Shown: piece after piece, positions 16,627 to 26,058 of the stretch
Layout of the letters: every line of letters starts with the position of its first letter
Position numbering within the stretch: the first letter of the stretch is position 1
Assembly (NCBI GenBank): GCA_964645795.1
Contig: CAZYCL010000005.1
Coordinates: forward strand, 124,771 to 173,047
Length of the DNA stretch: 48,277 bases
Direction: 5' to 3'
DNA from: an uncultured Planctomycetales bacterium
Lineage (GTDB): Bacteria; Omnitrophota; Gorgyraeia; Gygaellales; Profunditerraquicolaceae
Translations under genes and position numbers: made by a program
Notes under the pieces: generated by a model
The model's database searches: none
What the model saw: only the letters and a program-made list of their open reading frames with translations
What the model was told of the DNA's origin: nothing

Positions 16627-18348
16627 ATGGACCTGGATACATTAAGACATTCCTGTTCGCACGTGATGGCTGAGGCGGTCAAGGAGCTCTGGCCCGAGAC
16701 CAAAGTGGCCATCGGTCCGTCCATCGAAGACGGCTTTTACTACGATTTCGATAAAAAAGAGCCTTTTACCGAAGAAGACCTGGCGGCGATCGAGAAAAAG
16801 ATGCGCGAGGTCATTGCCAAGGACGAAAAGTTTGTGCGCGAGGAGCTCTCGTCGGAGGATGCGATCAAGCTCTTTGCCAGGCTCAACGAAACATACAAGA
16901 TAGAACTGATAAACAACCTGGGGCAGAAGAAGGTTTCCGTTTACCGGACGGGAAAGAACTTTGTAGACCTCTGCAAGGGCCCGCACATCGATTCTACAGG
17001 CCAGATCAAGGCCTTTAAGCTTTTATCGGTAGCCGGCGCTTACTGGCATGGTATCGAGACCAACCCCATGTTGCAGCGCATATACGGCACGTGTTTTGAG
17101 TCTAAGGAGGAGCTCGATGCCTATTTAAAGAATCTGGAAGAGGCTAAAACCCGGGACCATCGCAAGCTCGGACCGTCCCTGGAGCTCTTTGACATATTTC
17201 ATGAAGAAGCCGGGGCAGGAGTAGTTTTTTACCCTCCTAAGGGCGCGCTGTTGCGCACGATAATCGAGAATTACGAAAAGCAGGAGCATTTGAAACGCGG
17301 CTATCAACTGGTGATAACCCCCCACCTGATGGACGCCTCTTTATGGAAGGCATCCGGACACTACGAGTATTACAAAGAGAACATGTTTATTGTCCAGTCG
17401 CCGGATAAAGAGCTGGTGCTTAAGCCCATGAACTGCCCGGGGCATATCCTGATATATAAATCCAAAAGCAGAAGTTACCGGGAGCTGCCTATACGCTACT
17501 TCGAGTTGGGTACGGTATATCGCAATGAAAAGGCCGGGGTGCTGCATGGGCTGCTTCGGGTGCGCGGTTTCACCCAGGATGACGCCCACATCTTCTGTCT
17601 TGCTGAGCAGCTGACGAACGAGATAAAGGCAATAATCGATTTTGTCTTCGATACCATGAAGGTATTCGGTTTTAATGACGTGGGCATTGAGTTAAGCACG
17701 CGGCCGGAAAAGTTTATCGGCAGCGAAGATGACTGGGAAAAGGCAACGGCCGCCCTGGAAGGGGCCTTAAAAGAAAAAGGGCTAAAGTACGATATCAACG
17801 AAGGCGACGGCGCCTTCTACGGCCCCAAGATCGATATCAAGCTAAAGGACGCCCTGAAAAGGTCATGGCAGTGCGCGACCATCCAGTGCGATTTTGCCCT
17901 TCCCAAAAGGTTTGATTTGTCATATATTGATGCTGAAGGGAAACAGCAGCGGCCGATCATGCTGCACCGGGTGCTCCTGGGCAGCATAGAGCGCTTCATC
18001 GGCGCGCTCATCGAGCATTATAAAGGAGACCTCCCGGTGTGGCTGGCTCCGGTGCAGGCCCTGGTTTTACCCGTAAAAGAGTCCGTCTGCGGATACGCTT
18101 CTAACATCAGGAAGTTCCTGGAAGATAACAATGTGCGTTGCGATACGGATTGCCGCAACGAAACGCTGGACAAGCGCATACGGGCAGCAGAACTGGCCAA
18201 GATACCGTACTCTATTATAGTAGGAGAAAGGGAATCCAAGCAGGGAGCGGTTTCCGTGCGCAGGCGCCTTAAGGGAGATCTCGGGGTGATGCCGGCCGAG
18301 TCGCTTTTAAAGCTTATCAAGGAAGAGATAGATAACAAAACCGTTTAA
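16627..18348 (+). CDS. thrS: Threonyl-tRNA synthetase (no N-terminal TGS domain)
   Basis: LRHSCSHVMA, DLCKGPH, RDHRKLG, KPMNCPGH, RGFTQDDAH, GAFYGPK, MLHRVLLGSIERF. Confidence 0.98.
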   Translation: MDLDTLRHSCSHVMAEAVKELWPETKVAIGPSIEDGFYYDFDKKEPFTEEDLAAIEKKMREVIAKDEKFVREELSSEDAIKLFARLNETYKIELINNLGQKKVSVYRTGKNFVDLCKGPHIDSTGQIKAFKLLSVAGAYWHGIETNPMLQRIYGTCFESKEELDAYLKNLEEAKTRDHRKLGPSLELFDIFHEEAGAGVVFYPPKGALLRTIIENYEKQEHLKRGYQLVITPHLMDASLWKASGHYEYYKENMFIVQSPDKELVLKPMNCPGHILIYKSKSRSYRELPIRYFELGTVYRNEKAGVLHGLLRVRGFTQDDAHIFCLAEQLTNEIKAIIDFVFDTMKVFGFNDVGIELSTRPEKFIGSEDDWEKATAALEGALKEKGLKYDINEGDGAFYGPKIDIKLKDALKRSWQCATIQCDFALPKRFDLSYIDAEGKQQRPIMLHRVLLGSIERFIGALIEHYKGDLPVWLAPVQALVLPVKESVCGYASNIRKFLEDNNVRCDTDCRNETLDKRIRAAELAKIPYSIIVGERESKQGAVSVRRRLKGDLGVMPAESLLKLIKEEIDNKTV

Positions 18349-18368
18349 CCAAAAAGGAGGTGGTTGCT

Positions 18369-18875
18369 ATAAAAAAGTTCTTCAGGGTAAACGATAAGAT
18401 CCGGGTTTCTCAGGTCCGCCTGATCGGTCCTGAGGGCAGTCAGCTGGGCATCGTTTCGATCCAAAAGGCGCTGGAGATGGCAAATCAATACGAACTGGAC
18501 TTGGTTGAGGTGGCCTCATCCGCGACTCCGCCGGTCTGCCGCATCATCGATTTTAGCAAATTCAAATATGACCAGGAGAAAAAGGAGCGCGAGGCCAAGA
18601 AGCACCAGAAGCAGACGCATTTAAAAGAGATAAGGGTCAAGCCCAACATAAACCAGCACGATTACCAGACCAAGCTCAAGCAGACAATCACCTTTCTGAA
18701 GAAGAAAGATAAAGTCAAGATCAACCTTTTCTTCCGGGGCAGGCAGATGGAGCATCAGGACCTGGGCAGGAAGGTTTTGGATAAATTCATGATCGATACT
18801 CAGAACGACGGACAGGTGGAAAAGGAGCCGATGCTCGAAGGCAGGATCATGTCACTTGTCCTTTCTCCGAAATAG
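18369..18875 (+). CDS. infC: Translation initiation factor IF-3, probable non-canonical ATA start
   Basis: VNDKIR...VRLIG, LDLVEVA, PPVCRIIDFSKFKY, KEIRVKPNI, FRGRQM; AAGGAGGT lies 7 nt before an in-frame ATA at 18369, while the track GTG at 18360 lies inside the RBS. Confidence 0.95.
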   Translation: MKKFFRVNDKIRVSQVRLIGPEGSQLGIVSIQKALEMANQYELDLVEVASSATPPVCRIIDFSKFKYDQEKKEREAKKHQKQTHLKEIRVKPNINQHDYQTKLKQTITFLKKKDKVKINLFFRGRQMEHQDLGRKVLDKFMIDTQNDGQVEKEPMLEGRIMSLVLSPK

Positions 18876-18907
18876 AAAACGGCGCACGGAAAGGAAAACG
18901 CTAAAAA

Positions 18908-19108
18908 ATGGGCAAATTAAAGACAAAAAAAGGCGTAGCCAAGAGGTTCAGGCTCACCAAAAAGGGCAGGATAAAGTATACTTGCGGAGGCAAGAGCCAT
19001 CTGGCCACGCATAAGAAACCAAAAAGAGTAAGGAAGTTAAGAAGGGCGCAGACGATCGATCTGAAAAAACACAGCAACTTCTTAAAAAGCATGCTTCCTT
19101 ACGGCTAG
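18908..19108 (+). CDS. rpmI: 50S ribosomal protein L35
   Basis: KLKTKKGVAKRFRLT...SHLATHK...LPYG; infC-rpmI-rplT synteny. Confidence 0.96.
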   Translation: MGKLKTKKGVAKRFRLTKKGRIKYTCGGKSHLATHKKPKRVRKLRRAQTIDLKKHSNFLKSMLPYG

Positions 19109-19140
19109 AGCATGTTTAAGAGCAAAGGAGTGTATTTAAA

Positions 19141-19488
19141 ATGTCAAAAGTAAAACACAGCGCGGCAACGCGTAGAAGAAAGAAGCGGGTTTTGAAGCAG
19201 GCTAAAGGCTTCTGGGGTGACCGCAGCAAACAGTTCCAACAAGCCAGGCGCGCCCTGATGCACGCGATGGTATACGCCTACCGGGACAGAAAAGTCAAGA
19301 AGCGGGATTTCCGCGCCCTTTGGATCGCCCGGGTCAACGCCGCCTGCCGGGCCGAAGGCATCACTTACAGCAAGTTCATCTGCGGGCTTAAAAAAGCCAA
19401 GGTCGGGCTGGACAGGAAGATCCTGGCAGACCTGGCGGTAAGGGACGAGGCCGTATTTAAAAAGCTTATCCAGATAGCAAAGGCTTAA
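19141..19488 (+). CDS. rplT: 50S ribosomal protein L20
   Basis: [40 protein letters not shown]. Confidence 0.97.
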   Translation: MSKVKHSAATRRRKKRVLKQAKGFWGDRSKQFQQARRALMHAMVYAYRDRKVKKRDFRALWIARVNAACRAEGITYSKFICGLKKAKVGLDRKILADLAVRDEAVFKKLIQIAKA

Positions 19489-19509
19489 TCAAACCGGAAG
19501 CGAGGGTGC

Positions 19510-20160
19510 ATGTACGTCATAATCGTAGGTTGCGGAAGAGTGGGTTCGGAGCTGGCCAAGATCCTCTCTAACGAAGGCCATAACGTGGTGATTATCGACA
19601 AGAACCCCGCGTCGTTCGACCGCCTGGGCGCCACATTTAACGGCCTTACCGTCGCCGGCGGCGGATTCGACCTTTCCGTGTTAAAGCAAGTGGGGATAGA
19701 AAAGGCCGATGCCTTCTGCGCCGTTACCAACGGGGACAACACCAACCTTATCGCAGCTCAGGTTGCCAAGAAGATATTCAAGGTGCCCAAGGTCATCGCC
19801 CGGATCTATGACCCGCAGCGGGCGCATATCTACGCGGCGCTGGGCCTGGATATCATAAGCGGGACCATACTTTTCGCCTCGATGCTCAGAGACAAGATAA
19901 TCGAAAGCCGCTTCTCCAGTTATCTTATCGAAACCAAGGACCTGGGCGTACTTGAGATCGAGGTCAAGGATAATCTTGCAGGCAAGACCATAAAAGATAT
20001 AAACATCCCCAAGGAGTTTATGGTAGTAGCTATCCGCAGGATGGATGGCATCAATATCCCGGAGTCCGGCACGGTCTTGAAGGAAAAAGACATGTTGATG
20101 GCGGTGGTAAAAGTCGCCAGCCTCGACAAGGTCAGGGAAAAGTTCCATCTTAAAAGCTAA
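19510..20160 (+). CDS. trkA: Trk/Ktr potassium uptake regulatory subunit (RCK_N plus RCK_C), copy 1
   Basis: IIVGCGRVG Rossmann motif, TNGDNTN, VIARIYDP, C-terminal TrkA_C domain. Confidence 0.92.
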   Translation: MYVIIVGCGRVGSELAKILSNEGHNVVIIDKNPASFDRLGATFNGLTVAGGGFDLSVLKQVGIEKADAFCAVTNGDNTNLIAAQVAKKIFKVPKVIARIYDPQRAHIYAALGLDIISGTILFASMLRDKIIESRFSSYLIETKDLGVLEIEVKDNLAGKTIKDINIPKEFMVVAIRRMDGINIPESGTVLKEKDMLMAVVKVASLDKVREKFHLKS

Positions 20161-20172
20161 AGAGGGCGCGAT

Positions 20173-20835
20173 ATGTATATTATAGTCGTCGGCGCAGGCA
20201 AGATCGGTTATTTCTTGGCCCGCAGGCTCTGTCAGGGAAAACATACCGTTAGCATCGTGGAAAAGGACCGCAGCATCTGCGACGAAGTGGTAAAAGAGCT
20301 GGACGCCCTGGTCATCAACGGCGACGGCTGCGAACCGAGGATCCTGGAAGAGGCCGGGATAAACCGCGCCGACGTCCTGGCCGCGGTCACCGGAGACGAC
20401 GAAGACAACCTTATCATCTGCCAGTTGGCCAAAGAAAGGTTTAACCTGCGCAGGACCGTGGCCCGGGTCAACAATCCCGATAACGAACACACCTTCACGG
20501 AGCTGGGCATTGATGTGCCGATAAACTCCACCAACATCATCGCCAAGATAGTGGAAGAAGAAGTCTCTTTCTCCGACTTTGTCAACCTTATGAGTTTTAA
20601 GCGCGGGAAGCTTGCGATAATCCGCGTAGACCTGCCCGCCGACTCGCCCGTAATCAATAAGGAGGTAAAGGACGTTGAGCTGCCTACGGATTCCGTCCTG
20701 GTCTCCATTGTCAGGGGGGAAGAGGTTATCGTGCCCAAAGGTAACACCGTTTTTAAGCCGGGGGATGATGTCATTGCGCTTACCCTTGTAGGCAACGAGC
20801 CGCAGATGCTTAATCTTTTAGCCGGGAAGCTCTGA
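20173..20835 (+). CDS. trkA: Trk/Ktr potassium uptake regulatory subunit, copy 2
   Basis: IVVGAGKIG, NGDGCEP, VTGDDEDN, VARVNNP, IVPKGNT. Confidence 0.92.
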   Translation: MYIIVVGAGKIGYFLARRLCQGKHTVSIVEKDRSICDEVVKELDALVINGDGCEPRILEEAGINRADVLAAVTGDDEDNLIICQLAKERFNLRRTVARVNNPDNEHTFTELGIDVPINSTNIIAKIVEEEVSFSDFVNLMSFKRGKLAIIRVDLPADSPVINKEVKDVELPTDSVLVSIVRGEEVIVPKGNTVFKPGDDVIALTLVGNEPQMLNLLAGKL

Positions 20836-20951
20836 TGAAGGCGCAATCTATTAGGAATGTCATTTTTGGAGTGGCGGTAGAAATATTATACGCCCTGGCG
20901 ATACTGTCCGCTTCGTTTCTCATCTGCCTCCTGTTCTCTTTTAAAAAATGA
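20835..20951 (+). CDS. Small single-pass membrane protein, 38 aa (absent from the ORF track)
   Basis: MKAQSIRNVIFGVAVEILYALAILSASFLICLLFSFKK; TGATG overlap with trkA copy 2 and ATGA overlap with trkH. Confidence 0.7.
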   Translation: MKAQSIRNVIFGVAVEILYALAILSASFLICLLFSFKK

Positions 20952-22453
20952 TCCTTAAGCCTCGCCTCCAAGACGTCAAGACCATAGGTTATTATCTGGG
21001 AAAGATCATCTTCGGGCTTTCCCTGACCGCGGTCATGCCGCTGGCGGTAGCGGCCGTATTCCGGGAAGCCGGCCCTTTCCTGGATTTTTTGATTTTTTCC
21101 GGCATATCCATGATTTCCGGCCTTGTTCTGATCTGGGCGTGCAAGGGGGCAAAAGACCCCAGCTGGATGGACGGCATGATAGTAGTTTCGCTTTCGTGGC
21201 TGGCGGCGATGTTCCTGGGCGCTATCCCCATGCACTTAAGCGGGCACTGGGCTTCCTACCTGGATTCCTGTTTTGACTCGATGTCCGGTTTTGCCACGAC
21301 AGGGCTTACCCTGGTGCAGGACCTGGACCACCTTTCCCGCGCCCATAACTTCTGGCGGCATTTTATCATGTTCCTCGGTGGCCAGGGCATCGTGATCATT
21401 GCCCTGTCTTTTTTCGTCAAAAGCGCTCCCGGGGCTTTCAGGATGTATGTGGGAGAGGCGCGAGACGAGAGGATACTGCCGAATGTCATACATACCAGCA
21501 GGTTCATTTGGCTGGTGGGCTTTGTGTATATGGTCTTAGGCACTACCGCTTTGGGCGTAGCCGGCATCATGAACGGCATGAATCCCGTAAACGCCCTTTT
21601 TCACGGCGCCTGCATATTTATGGCGGCCTTTGATACGGGCGGCTTCGCCCCTCAATCGCAGAATATCCTCTACTATCACAGCTTCTCCTTTGAGATTATA
21701 ACCGCCGTACTCATGATCCTGGGTGCGATAAACTTCAAGCTGCACTATCATATTTGGGCAGGGCACCGCCGGGAGATCTTCAAAAATATAGAGACGATCA
21801 CCATGTTCCTTACCGTTGCGTTCACCCTTATCATCGTGTTAAGCGGCTTGGTCCAGGCAGGGGCATATCAGGGCACGGCCCTTATATTTAGAAAAGGCTT
21901 TTATCAGCTCATATCCGCTCACACGGGCACGGGATTTCAGACCATCTATGCCCAGAAGCTTGGCGCGGACTGGAACGATTTGTCCCTGGTGGGCCTTTTC
22001 TGCGCGATGGCCCTGGGAGGCGCGGTCTGCTCCACCACCGGCGCCATCAAGATGCTGCGCTTAGGGATAATCTTTAAAGGCCTGGCCGAGGATTTGAAGA
22101 AAATAATCCTTCCGGAGAAAGCGGTGATCGCGCAGAAGTTCCATCATATAAAAGAGATTTTTCTGGATGACAAACAGGCGCGCAGCGCCTTGTTTATAAG
22201 CCTCTGTTACATACTTCTCTACTTTGGCGGTGCGCTGGCGGGCATGTATTACGGCCATCCGTTTTTGCGCGCCTTGTTTGAATCGACCTCCGCGGCAGCC
22301 AACGTAGGCCTGTCTTGCGGGATAACCTCTCCGGGAATGCCCAACGCGTTAAAAGTGGTTTATATCATCCAGATGTGGGCTGGCAGGTTGGAGTTCATGG
22401 CAGTCTTTACTTTGCTGGGATTTTTTGTGGCTATCTTTAAAGGGAAAAAATGA
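20948..22453 (+). CDS. trkH: Trk potassium uptake membrane subunit
   Basis: SMSGFATTG, FLGGQG, AFDTGGF, HTGTGF, STTGAIK, AAANVGLS, MWAGRLE pore-loop motifs. Confidence 0.93.
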   Translation: MILKPRLQDVKTIGYYLGKIIFGLSLTAVMPLAVAAVFREAGPFLDFLIFSGISMISGLVLIWACKGAKDPSWMDGMIVVSLSWLAAMFLGAIPMHLSGHWASYLDSCFDSMSGFATTGLTLVQDLDHLSRAHNFWRHFIMFLGGQGIVIIALSFFVKSAPGAFRMYVGEARDERILPNVIHTSRFIWLVGFVYMVLGTTALGVAGIMNGMNPVNALFHGACIFMAAFDTGGFAPQSQNILYYHSFSFEIITAVLMILGAINFKLHYHIWAGHRREIFKNIETITMFLTVAFTLIIVLSGLVQAGAYQGTALIFRKGFYQLISAHTGTGFQTIYAQKLGADWNDLSLVGLFCAMALGGAVCSTTGAIKMLRLGIIFKGLAEDLKKIILPEKAVIAQKFHHIKEIFLDDKQARSALFISLCYILLYFGGALAGMYYGHPFLRALFESTSAAANVGLSCGITSPGMPNALKVVYIIQMWAGRLEFMAVFTLLGFFVAIFKGKK

Positions 22454-22941
22454 ACGCCAGGGTTTTGCTCAAAACATGTTTATTGGCAGCCTGTTTTATT
22501 TATCTTCCGCAATCGTACCTCAATGCGGATGTCGTGACAGGCTCGCAGCTGATAAACAAGGCCAAAGATTACGACGCCGGGACCGTCGTATTTCAAGGCG
22601 AAGTTGTAGGAGATATCATGCGCCGGGGCAGCTACTCATGGCTTAATGTTTATGACGGAAATGTCGCGGTGGGCGTGTGGGCAGAGAACTCCCTTTTATC
22701 CGGCTTGAGCCTAAGCGGAAGCTATAAACAACGGGGGGACCGCATCGAGATAGAAGGCGTTTTTAACCGCATCTGCAAGGAGCATGGCGGGGACATGGAT
22801 ATTCACGCCCGCAAAATACGAAAGATCGAGGCCGGCGCGCCTACGCCGGAAAAGATAGATAGCCGAAAGAAAACAGCAGTCATTTTGATATTAGGGGCGT
22901 TGTTTCTAATATGGATATTGAAGCGATTAAGAATCAGGTAG
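22450..22941 (+). CDS. Conserved hypothetical OB-fold-like protein with N-terminal signal and C-terminal TM
   Basis: VVFQGEVVGDIM...WLNVYDG...GSYKQRGDRIEIEGVFNRICKEHGGDMDIHA; ATGA coupling to trkH. Confidence 0.75.
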   Translation: MNARVLLKTCLLAACFIYLPQSYLNADVVTGSQLINKAKDYDAGTVVFQGEVVGDIMRRGSYSWLNVYDGNVAVGVWAENSLLSGLSLSGSYKQRGDRIEIEGVFNRICKEHGGDMDIHARKIRKIEAGAPTPEKIDSRKKTAVILILGALFLIWILKRLRIR

Positions 22942-23927
22942 AAGCGGAGGCTTCAGGGATCGGCTCTACAGTTACCCTTGAAGATTTCAGAAACAAGTAT
23001 CTCGGGAGAAAAGGGGTTATTGCCCAGCTGACCGCTTTCATCCCTTCGCTGCCCAAAGAGGAGCGCGCCGCTTTCGGCCAGAAGGTGAACTCCCTGAAGG
23101 CTTTTATTAGCTCCTGTATCAGCGCAAAAGAAAAAGAGCGTTGCGGGTCGTCCTGTGCGCAGGAGAGCTTTGGTTCATTTGATATCAGTATGCCCGGGGT
23201 CGCGCAGCCTGCCGGTAAACTCCACCCTATTACTCAGGTGATCGATGAAATATGCGGTATCTTTATCCGAATGGGCTTTCTTGTCATCGAAGGCCCGGAG
23301 GTGGAGACCGAAGATAATAACTTTACGGGCTTGAATATACCCCTGGATCATCCCTCCAGGGACGCCTTCGACACCTTTTATTTAAAATCAGCCGACAAGC
23401 TGTTGCTGCGCAGCCACACCTCGCCCGTGCAGGTAAGGATAATGAAGTCGAGAAAACCGCCGTTGGCCGTGGTCGTGCCGGGCAGGGTTTATCGTCCGGA
23501 TGCGGTGGATGCGTCGCACGCGTTCATGTTTCATCAGATCGAAGGCCTGGTTGTAGATAAGGGCATCAGCTTCTCTGACCTTAAAGGGACGCTTGAGTTT
23601 TTTGCCAAAGAAGTATTCGGAAGCCGGATAAAAATGCGCATGCGCCCGCACTTCTTCCCTTTTACCGAACCATCGGCGGAGATGGACATCTCCTGTATCA
23701 TCTGTAAAGGAAAAGGCTGTTCCGTCTGCGGCAAAAAAGGATGGCTGGAGGTCTTAGGCGCCGGCATGGTGCATCCCAACGTGTTCAAGGGCGTCGGATA
23801 TGACCCCGGTAAGTTTACCGGTTTTGCCTTTGGCATGGGCATCGAAAGGATAGCCATGCTCAAATACGGGATAGATGACATAAGGCTGTTCTGCGAAAAC
23901 GACATAAGGTTCCTGAGGCAATTTTAA
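22911..23927 (+). CDS. pheS: Phenylalanyl-tRNA synthetase alpha subunit
   Basis: LHPITQ, HPSRDAFDTFY, LRSHTSPVQ, PGRVYR, FPFTEPS, GFAFGMGIERIAMLKYGI. Confidence 0.98.
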   Translation: MDIEAIKNQVEAEASGIGSTVTLEDFRNKYLGRKGVIAQLTAFIPSLPKEERAAFGQKVNSLKAFISSCISAKEKERCGSSCAQESFGSFDISMPGVAQPAGKLHPITQVIDEICGIFIRMGFLVIEGPEVETEDNNFTGLNIPLDHPSRDAFDTFYLKSADKLLLRSHTSPVQVRIMKSRKPPLAVVVPGRVYRPDAVDASHAFMFHQIEGLVVDKGISFSDLKGTLEFFAKEVFGSRIKMRMRPHFFPFTEPSAEMDISCIICKGKGCSVCGKKGWLEVLGAGMVHPNVFKGVGYDPGKFTGFAFGMGIERIAMLKYGIDDIRLFCENDIRFLRQF

Positions 23928-25988
23928 ATGAAGTTCACTTATAACTGGATAAGAGAATTCCTGGATCTGCGCATTCCAGCCGAAGAGCTCGCGGATAAGC
24001 TTACCATGGTCGGCCTTGAGGTCAAGTCTACGGTCAAGCACGGGTCAGATTATGTTTTTGAAGTGGAGATCACCTCAAACCGTCCGGACTGGCTAAGCGT
24101 CATCGGTATTGCCAGGGAAATAGCCGCTATTACAGGTAAAAGACTCCGCAGTTCTCCAGTCAGCCAGTCAGCCAGTTCTAGAACCGCTAAGCCCATACGA
24201 AGTAAAACCGGCCAACCGAAAATACACATCGAAAACAAAAAAGACTGCCCTCTTTACAGCGCCACGCTCATCAAGGGAGTAAAGGTTGCCGCTTCTCCGG
24301 CCTGGTTAAAGGAAAGGCTGGAATCTATCGGCTGCCGCAGCGTAAACAACGTAGTCGACATCACTAATTACTGTATGTATACCTGGGGCCAGCCTTTGCA
24401 CGCCTTTGATCTGGATGCCCTGGCTTCAATGGATATCGGAGTGCGCAGGGCCAAGCCGGCAGAAAAGCTTCTGACCATAGACGGACAGGAAAGGACCCTG
24501 GATGGCGAGATCCTCGTGATCGCGGATAAGGATAAAGCTGTTGCCCTGGCAGGCATAATGGGCGCTAAAACCACAGAGGTAAGCCAGGAAACGGCCAATA
24601 TCCTGCTAGAAGCAGCAATTTTTGATCCTGTTGTAGTGCGCAGGGGCAGAAGAAGGCTCGGGATTCAAAGCGACGCCTCTTACCGTTTTGAGAGGGTCGT
24701 GGATATATGCTCTACGGAGAGGATCGCCGCTTATGCAGCCGGGTTAATACAGAAGATCGCAGGCGCATCCATCGTCGCTGCCAAAAGCTCATCGCATCCG
24801 GCAGCGTCAAGAAAAAAGATTATTCTCGATGTTGACCGCGCCAACAGGATTTTGGGTGTCGGTGACATTTCTGCCGTCCTGGCGCAGAAGAGCTTAAGCG
24901 CTCTGGGTTTTCCGGTTAAGAAGAAAGCGAAAAGCCTGCTTCAGATAGATGTCCCGTCTTTCAGGCCGGACATCCGCCTGGAAGAAGACCTGATAGAAGA
25001 GATAGCCAGGATCTATGGTTATGAAAAAATCCCCGCCAGCCTTGCTAAGATCATTCCGCAGCAAAAATCCGGTTTAGATAAAAGGGGCCTGGTTGCCAGG
25101 ATAAAACAGGCGCTCATAGGCGTTGGCCTGCAGGAAGCGATTACCTACAGCTTGATCTCAAGGGAGCTGCTTAAGGGCATAATTGACAGTGACGAAGGGA
25201 TAGAGGTTGCCAACCCCTTAAGCAAAGAACAGGAGCTTTTGCGCCCGACGCTTATCCCCAGCCTCATCAGATGCACTGCCGTCAACCTCAATCAAAAAAT
25301 AGGATACGTGGCCCTTTTCGAAATAGCGGATTGCTTTAAAAAGGAATCCGGTAATGCGGGCGTGCAGGAGAACCTGTCTTTGGGGATTGTCTTGTGCGGG
25401 GAGAGGTCTCTATGGTCTTCTTGCGGCCGCCAGTTGGATAGGGTCGGCTTTGCACATCTAAAAGGGGCTGCAGAAGCGGTATTTGCCGGCCTTGGCATAG
25501 ACGCATACGGTTTTTCTCCTTCCGGTAAAGCCGGCCGGTTCGATATATCCGCTTGCAAAGAAATTGTCGGCAGTTTGTTTGAAATAGCCCCCTGCGTCCT
25601 GGATAATTTCGCTATAAAGAACAAAGAGCTTTTTGCCCTTGAGATGAACCTCGATAAGCTCCTGCCTCAAGCCGCCAGCGCCAAAAAATTCCGCCCGCTT
25701 GCCAAGTTTCCTTTTATCCAAAGGGATATAAGCATGGTGGTCAGGGCGCAGCTAAGCTTAGAGGAGATTTACGGTGTTATTATCGATAGCAGCCAGGGAT
25801 TCCTTCAGGAGGCTCCCGCGGTGGTTGACTTTTATGAGGGCAAGCAGATCGAAGACGGCTTTAAGGGTTTGACCATAACCTGCCGCTATGCGTCCGAAGA
25901 CCGCACGCTTACGGAAGCAGAAGTGAATCCGGTGCACAACAACGTTCTATCCGCCCTGACAGAAAGACTGCAGGTAAGGTTACGCTAA
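23928..25988 (+). CDS. pheT: Phenylalanyl-tRNA synthetase beta subunit (short form lacking the B2 OB-fold)
   Basis: ITSNRPDWLSVIGIARE, NNVVDITNY, GQPLHAFD, SYRFER, RPDIRLEEDLIEEIARIYGY, C-terminal FDX-ACB; 686 aa. Confidence 0.96.
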   Translation: MKFTYNWIREFLDLRIPAEELADKLTMVGLEVKSTVKHGSDYVFEVEITSNRPDWLSVIGIAREIAAITGKRLRSSPVSQSASSRTAKPIRSKTGQPKIHIENKKDCPLYSATLIKGVKVAASPAWLKERLESIGCRSVNNVVDITNYCMYTWGQPLHAFDLDALASMDIGVRRAKPAEKLLTIDGQERTLDGEILVIADKDKAVALAGIMGAKTTEVSQETANILLEAAIFDPVVVRRGRRRLGIQSDASYRFERVVDICSTERIAAYAAGLIQKIAGASIVAAKSSSHPAASRKKIILDVDRANRILGVGDISAVLAQKSLSALGFPVKKKAKSLLQIDVPSFRPDIRLEEDLIEEIARIYGYEKIPASLAKIIPQQKSGLDKRGLVARIKQALIGVGLQEAITYSLISRELLKGIIDSDEGIEVANPLSKEQELLRPTLIPSLIRCTAVNLNQKIGYVALFEIADCFKKESGNAGVQENLSLGIVLCGERSLWSSCGRQLDRVGFAHLKGAAEAVFAGLGIDAYGFSPSGKAGRFDISACKEIVGSLFEIAPCVLDNFAIKNKELFALEMNLDKLLPQAASAKKFRPLAKFPFIQRDISMVVRAQLSLEEIYGVIIDSSQGFLQEAPAVVDFYEGKQIEDGFKGLTITCRYASEDRTLTEAEVNPVHNNVLSALTERLQVRLR
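24148..24179. repeat. In-frame octamer tandem repeat in pheT
   Basis: GCAGTTCT CCAGTCAG CCAGTCAG CCAGTTCT, encoding part of ...RSSPVSQSASSR... Confidence 0.65.
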
Positions 25989-26013
25989 CGGGGCTGCCGC
26001 GGGGCGGGATTAT

Positions 26014-26042
26014 TTGATTTTGCGCGGCTATTGTGTTATATT
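26014..26042 (+). promoter_or_regulatory. Sigma70-type promoter for 6S RNA
   Basis: TTGATT-17 nt-TATATT with TGn extension, just upstream of the predicted RNA. Confidence 0.55.
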
Positions 26043-26058
26043 AGTGCTAGAAGATAAG

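Noticed and set aside
25990-26010. Half-element GGGGCTGCCGCGGGGCGGGA after pheT
   Set aside because: It has a CGGGA end and resembles the 389-421 element, but no matching TCCCG arm; too weak to count.
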